Assembly: GCA_009914755.4 (NCBI GenBank)
Contig: CP086569.2
Location: 32,832,001-32,896,000, forward strand
Direction: 5' to 3'
Source: the human T2T-CHM13v2.0 reference genome, Homo sapiens
DNA: 64,000 bases
Every line of letters begins with the position of its first letter. Position 1 is the stretch's first letter. Made by a program: the position numbers and the translations under genes. Below are positions 40,657 through 57,872 of the stretch, in pieces. The notes under the pieces are model-generated. The model did no database searches. It had not been told where the DNA came from and was given only the letters and a program-made list of their open reading frames with translations.

Positions 40657-40948
40657 TTTTTTTTTAGACAGAATCTTGTCCTGTTGCACAGGGTGGGGTA
40701 CAATGGCGCCATCTTTGCTCACTGCAACTTCTGCCTCACGGGTCCAAGCGATGGTCCTCCCTCAGCCTCCCAGGTAGCTGGGACTACACCACACTGGGAC
40801 TACACCAGCTGCCACCATGCCTAGCTAATTTTTTGGATTTTTAGTAGTGACAGCGTTTCACTGTATTGGCCAGGATGGTCTTGATCTCTTCACCTTGTGA
40901 TCCCCTTGCCTTGGCCTCCAAATTTGCTGGGATTACAGGCCTGAGCCA
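40657..40948 (-). mobile_element. Alu, unit 14
   Basis: Same element. It carries the variants 'gcaacttctgcc' and 'agcgatggtcc'. Confidence 0.93.
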
Positions 40949-43075
40949 AGATCCATATTTTTTAAATGAAAAAAAATTTCAAAGGTACTCTGCTTGGTAC
41001 AATAATCAAATGTATAAACTGAGGAATAAAACATACCCATGAAACCTACTTATAACTGCATATGGAAAATACAGAGGATAATTTTTTAAATAACATATTT
41101 TGAAAGCCTTAACTAGTAATTTGAAGAGTTGGCATTTGAAAGGCCAGTATGAATATACCTTCAATGCAGCAACACAGGTTCCCCATGAGAAAAAACAAAC
41201 ACAGGGAAAATAAAAACACAAAGGTTCAATCTCTTCTGACCTTTGAAAGACACAGCACATACAGTGGTCCTTAGGACGAAGAGCAGGAGACCCCTAATTC
41301 CGTCACCATGGCGATAGGGCATAAACATTGCTGGGTGAGGGCACAATCCACATTGTGAGGTCCAACTGCTGCCAGGAAGACAGGAGTGCTTTTACATAGA
41401 CCGAAAGGTCATTGAAGGCTCAGAGTTTTGTTTCAAGAACTGAATCCCAAGCCCACACGTTATTAGGCTGCGCTTCTTAAAACAAGTTATGAGATGGGAA
41501 AAAGGGCACCCACAAACATACGTATACATTATGTATATAATAATATAGAGTGTCATATATATAATATATATAACCTATGTATAATATTGTTTTACATCCT
41601 GCATCTTATGTTATATATATTGTATAAAATATAATAATTGATAATATATAAGTTTTATAATTATACAATATGACATATAGTATATATTATAATTTATGAC
41701 ATATATAATATATGTTATATATCATATACAGAATATATTATACGGTTAATATACGTATTAAATATAAATTATACATTATATATATTATATATAATATATC
41801 TGTTATATATAATACCCGTTATGCATAATATATATATTATGTCTATGTTATATATAGTATAAAACAACATATAATAATATATAATTGTATATATAAATGC
41901 GACATATAATATATATTATATTTTATAACATATGTAATATATATTATATATTATATATAATACGTTGTATGTATAATACCTATATTAAATATATATTATA
42001 TGACTATGTTATTAATTACATGTCACATGTGTTATATATTATATATTTTACATAGAATATACCGGTTACATACAATATATACCATGTTACCTATAATGTA
42101 TAATTTATTACATGTAAAATAAAGAATGCAATATATTATGTATAATTTATAATATACAATATGTGGAATGTGATATATATAACATATAATATATGATATA
42201 TGATATACAGTATATGATATATAACATACAATATATGATTCCTAATATATATGGTATACAATATATATTTTATGATATGTATTCTATATGTTTTATATTC
42301 TGTTATATATAACTATTTGAAATTATATATAACTGTATAATATTTTATGTAAATATGTAATATAATATATATAACTATATAATATATTATATATAACTAT
42401 ATATTATGTTATATATACTTTTATAACATAATTTACATAAAATATCATAATATAATATATATTATATTATTTCATATTACATAATATATATTACATATCA
42501 CCCAATATAACTAACATACATAATATTATAATGCAGATTATATTATGTTATATTAAATATCATGTATATCATGTATCATATATTCTATAATATATATTAC
42601 ACATTATATAATATGTATGTTGTCTATTATGTGATATATATAACTCTATATATAATTATATTTTTATACATATAACTAGATAAACATGTAATTCTACATA
42701 TTTTCATTTATAATATGTAGAAGTATATAATCATATATAATTATTTATATTCTATAAAAAATTTTATCATTATATAAATTATAATATATAAAAATTATAA
42801 TATGTACTACAAATATATATATTATATATCATATATGATATAGTACCTTTGTTATATATCATAATACATATAAATGTGTATTATGTTATCTATAATTATA
42901 TAATTTCATATATAAGATGTATAATATGTATCATATATTATATATGTTATGTAATATATATAGTATATATAAGATGACACAGGATAAATATTATATACTA
43001 TGACATATAAAATATATGAGGTTATATGTTACATATAAGGCATAGCACATAACATGTAATATATATCATATATAA

Positions 43076-43367
43076 TTTTTTTTTAGACAGAATCTTGTCC
43101 TGTTGCACAGGGTGGGGTACAATGGCGCCATCTTTGCTCACTGCAACTTCTGCCTCACGGGTCCAAGCGATGGTCCTCCCTCAGCCTCCCAGGTAGCTGG
43201 GACTACACCACACTGGGACTACACCAGCTGCCACCATGCCTAGCTAATTTTTTGGATTTTTAGTAGTGACAGCGTTTCACTGTATTGGCCAGGATGGTCT
43301 TGATCTCTTCACCTTGTGATCCCCTTGCCTTGGCCTCCAAATTTGCTGGGATTACAGGCCTGAGCCA
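43076..43367 (-). mobile_element. Alu, unit 15
   Basis: Same element at the unit period. Confidence 0.93.
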
Positions 43368-45494
43368 AGATCCATATTTTTTAAATGAAAAAAAATTTCA
43401 AAGGTACTCTGCTTGGTACAATAATCAAATGTATAAACTGAGGAATAAAACATAACCATGAAACCTACTTATAACTGCATATGGAAAATACAGAGGATAA
43501 TTTTTTAAATAACATATTTTGAAAGCCTTAACTAGTAATTTGAAGAGTTGGCATTTGAAAGGCCAGTATGAATATACCTTCAAAGCAGCAACACAGGTTC
43601 CCCATGAGAAAAAGCAAACACAGGGAAAATAAAAACACAAAGGTTCAATCTCTTCTGACCTTTGAAAGACACAGCACAGACAGTGGTCCTTAGGACGAAG
43701 AGCAGGAGACCCCTAATTCCGTCACCATGGCGATAGGGCATAAACATTGCTGGGTGAGGGCACAATCCACATTGTGAGGTCCAACTGCTGCCAGGAAGAC
43801 AGGAGTGCTTTTACATAGACCGAAAGGTCATTGAAGGCTCAGAGTTTTGTTTCAAGAACTGAATCCCAAGCCCACACGTTATTAGGCTGCGCTTCTTAAA
43901 ACAAGTTATGAGATGGGAAAAAGGGCACCCACAAACATACGTATACATTATGTATATAATAATATAGAGTGTCATATATATAATATATATAACCTATGTA
44001 TAATATTGTTTTACATCCTGCATCTTATGTTATATATATTGTATAAAATATAATAATTGATAATATATAAGTTTTATAATTATACAATATGACATATAGT
44101 ATATATTATAATTTATGACATATATAATATATGTTATATATCATATACAGAATATATTATACGGTTAATATACGTATTAAATATAAATTATACATTATAT
44201 ATATTATATATAATATATCTGTTATATATAATACCCGTTATGCATAATATATATATTATGTCTATGTTATATATAGTATAAAACAACATATAATAATATA
44301 TAATTGTATATATAAATGCGACATATAATATATATTATATTTTATAACATATGTAATATATATTATATATTATATATAATACGTTGTATGTATAATACCT
44401 ATATTAAATATATATTATATGACTATGTTATTAATTACATGTCACATGTGTTATATATTATATATTTTACATAGAATATACCGGTTACATACAATATATA
44501 CCATGTTACCTATAATGTATAATTTATTACATGTAAAATAAAGAATGCAATATATTATGTATAATTTATAATATACAATATGTGGAATGTGATATATATA
44601 ACATATAATATATGATATATGATATACAGTATATGATATATAACATACAATATATGATTCCTAATATATATGGTATACAATATATATTTTATGATATGTA
44701 TTCTATATGTTTTATATTCTGTTATATATAACTATTTGAAATTATATATAACTGTATAATATTTTATGTAAATATGTAATATAATATATATAACTATATA
44801 ATATATTATATATAACTATATATTATGTTATATATACTTTTATAACATAATTTACATAAAATATCATAATATAATATATATTATATTATTTCATATTACA
44901 TAATATATATTACATATCACCCAATATAACTAACATACATAATATTATAATACAGGTTATATTATGTTATATTAAATATCATATATATCATGTATCATAT
45001 ATTCTATAATATATATTACACATTATATAATATGTATGTTGTCTATTATGTGATATATATAACTCTATATATAATTATATTTTTATACATATAACTAGAT
45101 AAACATGTAATTCTACATATTTTCATTTATAATATGTAGAAGTATATAATCATATATAATTATTTATATTCTATAAAAAATTTTATCATTATATAAATTA
45201 TAATATATAAAAATTATAATATGTACTACAAATATATATATTATATATCATATATGATATAGTACCTTTGTTATATATCATAATACATATAAATGTGTAT
45301 TATGTTATCTATAATTATATAATTTCATATATAAGATGTATAATATGTATCATATATTATATATGTTATGTAATATATATAGTATATATAAGATGACACA
45401 GGATAAATATTATATACTATGACATATAAAATATATGAGGTTATATGTTACATATAAGGCATAGCACATAACATGTAATATATATCATATATAA

Positions 45495-45786
45495 TTTTTT
45501 TTTAGACAGAATCTTGTCCTGTTGCACAGGGTGGGGTACAATGGCGCCATCTTTGCTCACTGCAACTTCTGCCTCACGGGTCCAAGCGATGGTCCTCCCT
45601 CAGCCTCCCAGGTAGCTGGGACTACACCACACTGGGACTACACCAGCTGCCACCATGCCTAGCTAATTTTTTGGATTTTTAGTAGTGACAGCGTTTCACT
45701 GTATTGGCCAGGATGGTCTTGATCTCTTCACCTTGTGATCCCCTTGCCTTGGCCTCCAAATTTGCTGGGATTACAGGCCTGAGCCA
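45495..45786 (-). mobile_element. Alu, unit 16
   Basis: Same element at the unit period. Confidence 0.93.
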
Positions 45787-47913
45787 AGATCCATATTTTT
45801 TAAATGAAAAAAAATTTCAAAGGTACTCTGCTTGGTACAATAATCAAATGTATAAACTGAGGAATAAAACATAACCATGAAACCTACTTATAACTGCATA
45901 TGGAAAATACAGAGGATAATTTTTTAAATAACATATTTTGAAAGCCTTAACTAGTAATTTGAAGAGTTGGCATTTGAAAGGCCAGTATGAATATACCTTC
46001 AAAGCAGCAACACAGGTTCCCCATGAGAAAAAGCAAACACAGGGAAAATAAAAACACAAAGGTTCAATCTCTTCTGACCTTTGAAAGACACAGCACAGAC
46101 AGTGGTCCTTAGGACGAAGAGCAGGAGACCCCTAATTCCGTCACCATGGCGATAGGGCATAAACATTGCTGGGTGAGGGCACAATCCACATTGTGAGGTC
46201 CAACTGCTGCCAGGAAGACAGGAGTGCTTTTACATAGACCGAAAGGTCATTGAAGGCTCAGAGTTTTGTTTCAAGAACTGAATCCCAAGCCCACACGTTA
46301 TTAGGCTGCGCTTCTTAAAACAAGTTATGAGATGGGAAAAAGGGCACCCACAAACATACGTATACATTATGTATATAATAATATAGAGTGTCATATATAT
46401 AATATATATAACCTATGTATAATATTGTTTTACATCCTGCATCTTATGTTATATATATTGTATAAAATATAATAATTGATAATATATAAGTTTTATAATT
46501 ATACAATATGACATATAGTATATATTATAATTTATGACATATATAATATATGTTATATATCATATACAGAATATATTATACGGTTAATATACGTATTAAA
46601 TATAAATTATACATTATATATATTATATATAATATATCTGTTATATATAATACCCGTTATGCATAATATATATATTATGTCTATGTTATATATAGTATAA
46701 AACAACATATAATAATATATAATTGTATATATAAATGCGACATATAATATATATTATATTTTATAACATATGTAATATATATTATATATTATATATAATA
46801 CGTTGTATGTATAATACCTATATTAAATATATATTATATGACTATGTTATTAATTACATGTCACATGTGTTATATATTATATATTTTACATAGAATATAC
46901 CGGTTACATACAATATATACCATGTTACCTATAATGTATAATTTATTACATGTAAAATAAAGAATGCAATATATTATGTATAATTTATAATATACAATAT
47001 GTGGAATGTGATATATATAACATATAATATATGATATATGATATACAGTATATGATATATAACATACAATATATGATTCCTAATATATATGGTATACAAT
47101 ATATATTTTATGATATGTATTCTATATGTTTTATATTCTGTTATATATAACTATTTGAAATTATATATAACTGTATAATATTTTATGTAAATATGTAATA
47201 TAATATATATAACTATATAATATATTATATATAACTATATATTATGTTATATATACTTTTATAACATAATTTACATAAAATATCATAGTATAATATATAT
47301 TATATTATTTCATATTACATAATATATATTACATATCACCCAATATAACTAACATACATAATATTATAATGCAGATTATATTATGTTATATTAAATATCA
47401 TGTATATCATGTATCATATATTCTATAATATATATTACACATTATATAATATGTATGTTGTCTATTATGTGATATATATAACTCTATATATAATTATATT
47501 TTTATACATATAACTAGATAAACATGTAATTCTACATATTTTCATTTATAATATGTAGAAGTATATAATCATATATAATTATTTATATTCTATAAAAAAT
47601 TTTATCATTATATAAATTATAATATATAAAAATTATAATATGTACTACAAATATATATATTATATATCATATATGATATAGTACCTTTGTTATATATCAT
47701 AATACATATAAATGTGTATTATGTTATCTATAATTATATAATTTCATATATAAGATGTATAATATGTATCATATATTATATATGTTATGTAATATATATA
47801 GTATATATAAGATGACACAGGATAAATATTATATACTATGACATATAAAATATATGAGGTTATATGTTACATATAAGGCATAGCACATAACATGTAATAT
47901 ATATCATATATAA

Positions 47914-48205
47914 TTTTTTTTTAGACAGAATCTTGTCCTGTTGCACAGGGTGGGGTACAATGGCGCCATCTTTGCTCACTGCAACTTCTGCCTCACGGGT
48001 CCAAGCGATGGTCCTCCCTCAGCCTCCCAGGTAGCTGGGACTACACCACACTGGGACTACACCAGCTGCCACCATGCCTAGCTAATTTTTTGGATTTTTA
48101 GTAGTGACAGAGTTTCACTGTATTGGCCAGGATGGTCTTGATCTCTTCACCTTGTGATCCCCTTGCCTTGGCCTCCAAATTTGCTGGGATTACAGGCCTG
48201 AGCCA
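47914..48205 (-). mobile_element. Alu, unit 17
   Basis: Same element at the unit period. Confidence 0.93.
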
Positions 48206-50310
48206 AGATCCATATTTTTTAAATGAAAAAAAATTTCAAAGGTACTCTGCTTGGTACAATAATCAAATGTATAAACTGAGGAATAAAACATAACCATGAA
48301 ACCTACTTATAACTGCATATGGAAAATACAGAGGATAATTTTTTAAATAACATATTTTGAAAGCCTTAACTAGTAATTTGAAGAGTTGGCATTTGAAAGG
48401 CCAGTATGAATATACCTTCAAAGCAGCAACACAGGTTCCCCATGAGAAAAAGCAAACACAGGGAAAATAAAAACACAAAGGTTCAATCTCTTCTGACCTT
48501 TGAAAGACACAGCACAGACAGTGGTCCTTAGGACGAAGAGCAGGAGACCCCTAATTCCGTCACCATGGCGATAGGGCATAAACATTGCTGGGTGAGGGCA
48601 CAATCCACATTGTGAGGTCCAACTGCTGCCAGGAAGACACGAGTGCTTTTACATAGACCGAAAGGTCATTGAAGGCTCAGAGTTTTGTTTCAAGATCTGA
48701 ATCCCAAGCCCACACGTTATTAGGCTGCGCTTCTTAAAACAAGTTATGAGATGGGAAAAAGGGCACCCACAAACATACGTATACATTATGTATATAATAA
48801 TATAGAGTGTCATATATATAATATATATAACCTATGTATAATATTGTTTTACATCCTGCATCTTATGTTATATATATTGTATAAAATATAATAATTGATA
48901 ATATATAAGTTTTATAATTATACAATATGACATATAGTATATATTATAATTTATGACATATATAATATATGTTATATATCATATACAGAATATATTATAC
49001 GGTTAATATACGTATTAAATATAAATTATACATTATATATATTATATATAATATATCTGTTATATATAATACCCGTTATGCATAATATATATATTATGTC
49101 TATGTTATATATAGTATAAAACAACATATAATAATATATAATTGTATATATAAAATGCGACATATAATATATATTATATTTTATAACATATGTAATATAT
49201 ATTATATATTATATATAATACGTTGTATGTATAATACCTATATTAAATATATATTATATGACTATGTTATTAATTACATGTCACATGTGTTATATATTAT
49301 ATATTTTACATAGAATATACCGGTTACATACCATATATACCATGTTACCTATAATGTATAATTTATTACATGTAAAATAAAGAATGCAATATATTATGTA
49401 TAATTTATAATATACAATATGTGGAATGTGATATATATAACATATAATATATGATATATGATATACAGTATATGATATATAACATACAATATATGATTCC
49501 TAATATATATGGTATACAGTATATATTTTATGATATGTATTCTATATGTTTTATATTCTGTTATATATAACTATTTGAAATTATATATAACTGTATAATA
49601 TTTTATGTAAATATGTAATATAATATATATAACTATATAATATATTATATATAACTATATATTATGTTATATATACTTTTATAACATAATTTACATAAAA
49701 TATCATAATATAATATATATTATATTATTTCATATTACATAATATATATTACAAATCACCCAATATAACTAACATACATAATATTATAATATAGATTATA
49801 TTATGTTATATTAAATATCATATATATCATGTATCATATATTCTATAATATATATTACACATTATATAATATGTATGTTGTCTATTATGTGATATATATA
49901 ACTATATATATAATTATATTTTTATACATATAACTAGATAAACATGTAATTCTACATATTTTCATTTATAATATGTAGAAGTATATAATCATATATAATT
50001 ATTTATATTCTATAAAAAATTTTATCATTATATAAATTATAATATATAAAAATTATAATATGTACTACAAATATATATATTATATATCATATATGATATA
50101 GTACCTTTGTTATATATCATAATACATATAAATGTGTATTATGTTATCTATAATTATATAATTTCATATATAAGATGTATAATATTTATCATATATTATA
50201 TATGTTATGTAACATATATAGTATATATAAGATGACACAGGATAAATATTATATACTATGACATATAAAATATATGAGGTTATATGTTACATATAAGGCA
50301 TAGCACATAA

Positions 50311-50625
<315 letters not shown>

Positions 50626-52730
50626 AGATCCATATTTTTTAAATGAAAAAAAATTTCAAAGGTACTCTGCTTGGTACAATAATCAAATGTATAAACTGAG
50701 GAATAAAACATAACCATGAAACCTACTTATAACTGCATATGGAAAATACAGAGGATAATTTTTTAAATAACATATTTTGAAAGCCTTAACTATTAATTTG
50801 AAGAGTTGGCATTTGAAAGGCCAGTATGAATATACCTTCAAAGCAGCAACACAGGTACCCCATGAGAAAAAGCAAACTCAGGGAAAATAAAACCACAAAG
50901 GTTCAATCTCTTCTGACCTTTGAAAGACACAGCACAGACAGTGGTCCTTAGGACGAAGAGCAGGAGACCCCTAATTCCGTCACCATGGCGATAGGGCATA
51001 AACATTGCTGGGTGAGGGCACAATCCACATTGTGAGGTCCAACTGCTGCCAGGAAGACAGGAGTGCTTTTACATAGACCGAAAGGTCATTGAAGGCTCAG
51101 AGTTTTGTTTCAAGAACTGAATCCCAAGCCCACACGTTATTAGGCAGCGCTTCTTAAAACAAGTTATGAGATGGGAAAAAGGGCACCCACAAACATACGT
51201 ATACATTATGTATATAATAATATAGAGTGTCATATATATAATATATATAACTTATGTATAATATTGTTTTACATCCTGCATCTTATGTTATATATATTGT
51301 ATAAAATATAGTAATTGATAATATATAAGTTTTATAATTATACAATATGACATATAGTATATATTATAATTTATGACATATATAATATATGTTATATATC
51401 ATATACAGAATATATTATACGGTTAATATTCGTATTAAATATAAATTATACATTATATATATTATATATAATATATCTGTTATATATAATACCCATTATG
51501 CATAATATATATATTATGTCTATGTTATATATAGTATAAAACAACATATAATAATATATAATTGTATATATAAAATGCGACATATAATATATATTATATT
51601 TTATAACATATGTAATATATATTATATATTATATATAATACGTTGTATGTATAATACCTATATTAAATATATATTATATGACTATGTTATTAATTACATG
51701 TCACATGTGTTATATATTATATATTTTACATAGAATATACCGGTTTCATACAATATATACCATGTTACCTATAATGTATAATTTATTACATGTAAAATAA
51801 AGAATGCAATATATTATGTATAATTTATAATATACAATATGTGGAATGTGATATATATAACATATAATATATGATATATGATATACAGTATATGATATAT
51901 AACATACAATATATGATTCCTAATATATATGGTATACAGTATATATTTTATGATATGTATTCTATATGTTTTATATTCTGTTATATATAACTATTTGAAA
52001 TTATATATAACTGTATAATATTTTATGTAAATATGTAATATAATATATATAACTATATAATATATTATATATAACTATATATTATGTTATATATACTTTT
52101 ATATCATAATTTACATAAAATATCATAATATAATATATATTATATTATTTCATATTACATAATATATATTACATATCACCCAATATAACTAACATACATA
52201 ATATTATAATATAGATTATATTATGTTATATTAAATATCATATATATCATGTATCATATATTCTATAATATATATTACACATTATATAATATGTATGTTG
52301 TCTATTATGTGATATATATAACTATATATATAATTATATTTTTATACATATAACTAGATAAACATGTAATTCTACATATTTTCATTTATAATATGTAGAA
52401 GTATATAATCATATATAATTATTTATATTCTATAAAAAATTTTATCATTATATAAATTATAATATATAAAAATTATAATATGTACTACAAATATATATAT
52501 TATATATCATATATGATATAGTACCTTTGTTATATATCATAATACATATAAATGTGTATTATGTTATCTATAATTATATAATTTCATATATAAGATGTAT
52601 AATATGTATCATATATTATATATGTTATGTAATATATATAGTATATATAAGATGACACAGGATAAATATTATATACTATGACATATAAAATATATGAGGT
52701 TATATGTTACATATAAGGCATAGCACATAA

Positions 52731-53045
<315 letters not shown>

Positions 53046-55155
53046 AGATCCATATTTTTTAAATGAAAAACAATTTCAAAGGTACTCTGCTTGGTACAAT
53101 AATCAAATGTATAAACTGAGGAATAAAACATAACCATGAAACCTACTTATAACTGCATATGGAAAATACAGAGGATAATTTTTTAAATAACATAGTTTGA
53201 AAGCCTTAACTAGTAATTTGAAGAGTTGGCATTTGAAAGGCCAGTATGAATATACCTTCAAAGCAGCAACACAGGTTCCCCATGAGAAAAAGCAAACACA
53301 GGGAAAATAAAAACACAAAGGTTCAATCTCTTCTGACCTTTGAAAGACACAGCACAGACAGTGGTCCTTAGGACGAAGAGCAGGAGACCCCTAATTCCGT
53401 CACCATGGCGATAGGGCATAAACATTGCTGGGTGAGGGCACAATCCACATTGTGAGGTCCAACTGCTGCCAGGAAGACAGGAGTGCTTTTACATAGACCG
53501 AAAGGTCATTGAAGGCTCAGAGTTTTGTTTCAAGAACTGAATCCCAAGCCCACACGTTATTAGGCAGCGCTTCTTAAAACAAGTTATGAGATGGGAAAAA
53601 GGGCACCCACAAACATACGTATACATTATGTATATAATAATATACAGTGTCATATATATAATATATATAACCTATGTATAATATTGTTTTACATCCTGCA
53701 TCTTATGTTATATATATTGTATAAAATATAATAATTGATAATATATAACTTTTATAATTATACAATATGACATATAGTATATATTATAATTTATGACATA
53801 TATAATATATGTTATATATCATATACAGAATATATTATACGGTTAATATACGTATTAAATATAAATTATACATTATATATATTATATATAATATATCTGT
53901 TATATATAATACCCATTATGCATAATATATATATTATGTCTATGTTATATATAGTATAAAACAACATATAATAATATATAATTGTATATATAAAATGCGA
54001 CATATAATATATATTATATTTTATAACATATGTAATATATATTATATATTATATATAATACGTTGTATCTATAATACCTATATTAAATATATATTATATG
54101 ACTATGTTATTAATTACATGTCACATGTGTTATATATTATATATTTTACATAGAATATACCGGTTTCATACAATATATACTATGTTACCTATAATGTATA
54201 ATTTATTACATGTAAAATAAAGAATGCAATATATTATGTATAATTTATAATATACAATATGTGGAATGTGATATATATAACATATAATATATGATATATG
54301 ATATACAGTATATGATATATAACATACAATATATGATTCCTAATATATATGGTATACAGTATATATTTTATGATATGTATTCTATATGTTTTATATTCTG
54401 TTATATATAACTATTTGAAATTATATATAACTGTATAATATTTTATGTAAATATGTAATATAATATATATAACTATATAATATATTATATATAACTATAT
54501 ATTATGTTATATATACTTTTATATCATAATTTACATAAAATATCATAATATAATATATATTATATTATTTCATATTACATAATATATATTACATATCACC
54601 CAATATAACTAACATACATAATATTATAATATAGATTATATTGTGTTATATTAAATATCATATATATCATGTATCATATATTCTATAATATATATTATAC
54701 ATTATATAATATGTATGTTGTCTATTATGTGATATATATAACTATATATATAATTATATTTTTATACATATAACTAGATAAACATGTAATTCTACATATT
54801 TTCATTTATAATATGTAGAATTATATAATCATATATAATTATTTATATTCTATAAAAAATTTTATCATTATATAAATTATAATATATAAAAATTATAATA
54901 TGTACTACAAATATATATTATATATCATATATGATATAGTACCTTTGTTATATATCATAATACATATAAATGTGTATTATGTTATCTATAATTATATAAT
55001 TTCATATATAAGATGTATAATATGTATCATATATTATATATGTTATGTAATATATATAGTATATATAAGATGACACAGGATAAATATTATACACTATGAG
55101 ATATAAAATATATGAGGTTATATGTTACATATAAGGCATAGCACATAACATGTAA

Positions 55156-55461
<306 letters not shown>

Positions 55462-57557
55462 AGATCCATATTTTTTAAATGAAAAAAAATTTCAAAGGTA
55501 CTCTGCTTGGTACAATAATCAAATGTATAAACTGAGGAATAAAACATAACCATGAAACCTACTTATAACTGCATATGGAAAATACAGAGGATAATTTTTT
55601 AAATAACATATTTTGAAAGCCTTAACTAGTAATTTGAAGAGTTGGCATTTGAAAGGCCAGTATGAATATACCTTCAAAGCAGCAACACAGGTTCCCCATG
55701 AGAAAAAGCAAACACAGGGAAAATAAAAACACAAAGGTTCAATCTCTTCTGACCTTTGAAAGACACAGCACAGACAGTGGTCCTTAGGACGAAGAGCAGG
55801 AGACCCCTAATTCCGTCACCATGGCGATAGGGCATAAACATTGCTGGGTGAGGGCACAATCCACATTGTGAGGTCCAGCTGCTGCCAGGAAGAAAGGAGT
55901 GCTTTTACATAGACCAAAAGGTCATTGAAGGCTCAGAGTTTTGTTTCAAGAACTGAATCCCAAGCCCACACGTTATTAGGCTGCGCTTCTTAAAACAAGT
56001 TATGAGATGGGAAAAAGGGCACCCACAAACATACGTATACATTATGTATATAATAATATAGAGTGTCATATATATAATATATATAACCTATGTATAATAT
56101 TGTTTTACATCCTGCATCTTATGTTATATATATTGTATAAAATATAATAATTGATAATATATAAGTTTTATAATTATACAATATGACATATAGTATATAT
56201 TATAATTTATGACATATATAATATATGTTATATATCATATATAGAATATATTATACGGTTAATATACGTATTAAATATAAATTATACATTATATATATTA
56301 TATATAATATATCTGTTATATATAATAACCATTATGCATAATATATATATTATGTCTATGTTATATATAGTATAAAACAACATATAATAATATATAATTG
56401 TATTTATAAAATGCGACATATAATATATATTATATTTTATAACATATGTAATATATATTATATATAATACGTTGTATGTATAATACCTATATTAAATATA
56501 TATTATATGACTATGTTATTAATTACATGTCACATGTGTTATATATTATATATTTTACATAGAATATACCGGTTACATACAATATATACTATGTTACCTA
56601 TAATGTATAATTTATTACATGTAAAATAAAGAATGCAATATATTATGTATAATTTATAATATACAATATGTGGAATGTGATATATATAACATATAATATA
56701 TGATATATGATATACAGTATATGATATATAACATACAATATATGATTCCTAATATATATGGTATACAATATATATTTTATGATATGTATTCTATATGTTT
56801 TATATTCTGTTATATATAACTATTTGAAACTATATATAACTGTATAATATTTTATGTAAATATGTAATATAATATATATAACTATATAATATATTATATA
56901 TAACTATATATTATGTTATATATACTTTTATAACATAATTTACATAAAATATCATAATATAATATATATTATATTATTTCATATTACATAATATATATTA
57001 CATATCACCCAATATAACTAACATACCTAATATTATAATATAGATTATATTATGTTATATTAAATATCATATATATCATGTATCATATATTCTATAATAT
57101 ATATTACACATTATATAATATGTATGTTGTCTATTATGTGATATATATAACTATATATATAATTATATTTTTATACATATAACTAGATAAACGTAATTCT
57201 ACATATTTTCATTTATAATATGTAGAATGATATAATCATATATAATTATTTATATTCTATAAAAAATTTTATCATTATATAAATTATAATATATAAAAAT
57301 TATAATATGTACTACAAATATATATATTATATATCATATATGATATAGTACCTTTGTTATATATCATAATACATATAAATGTGTATTATGTTATCTATAA
57401 TTATATAATTTCATATATAAGATGTATAATATGTATCATATATTATATATGTTATGTAATATATATAGTATATATAAGATGACACAGGATAAATATTATA
57501 TACTATGACATATAAAATATATGAGGTTATATGTTACATATAAGGCATAGCACATAA

Positions 57558-57872
<315 letters not shown>

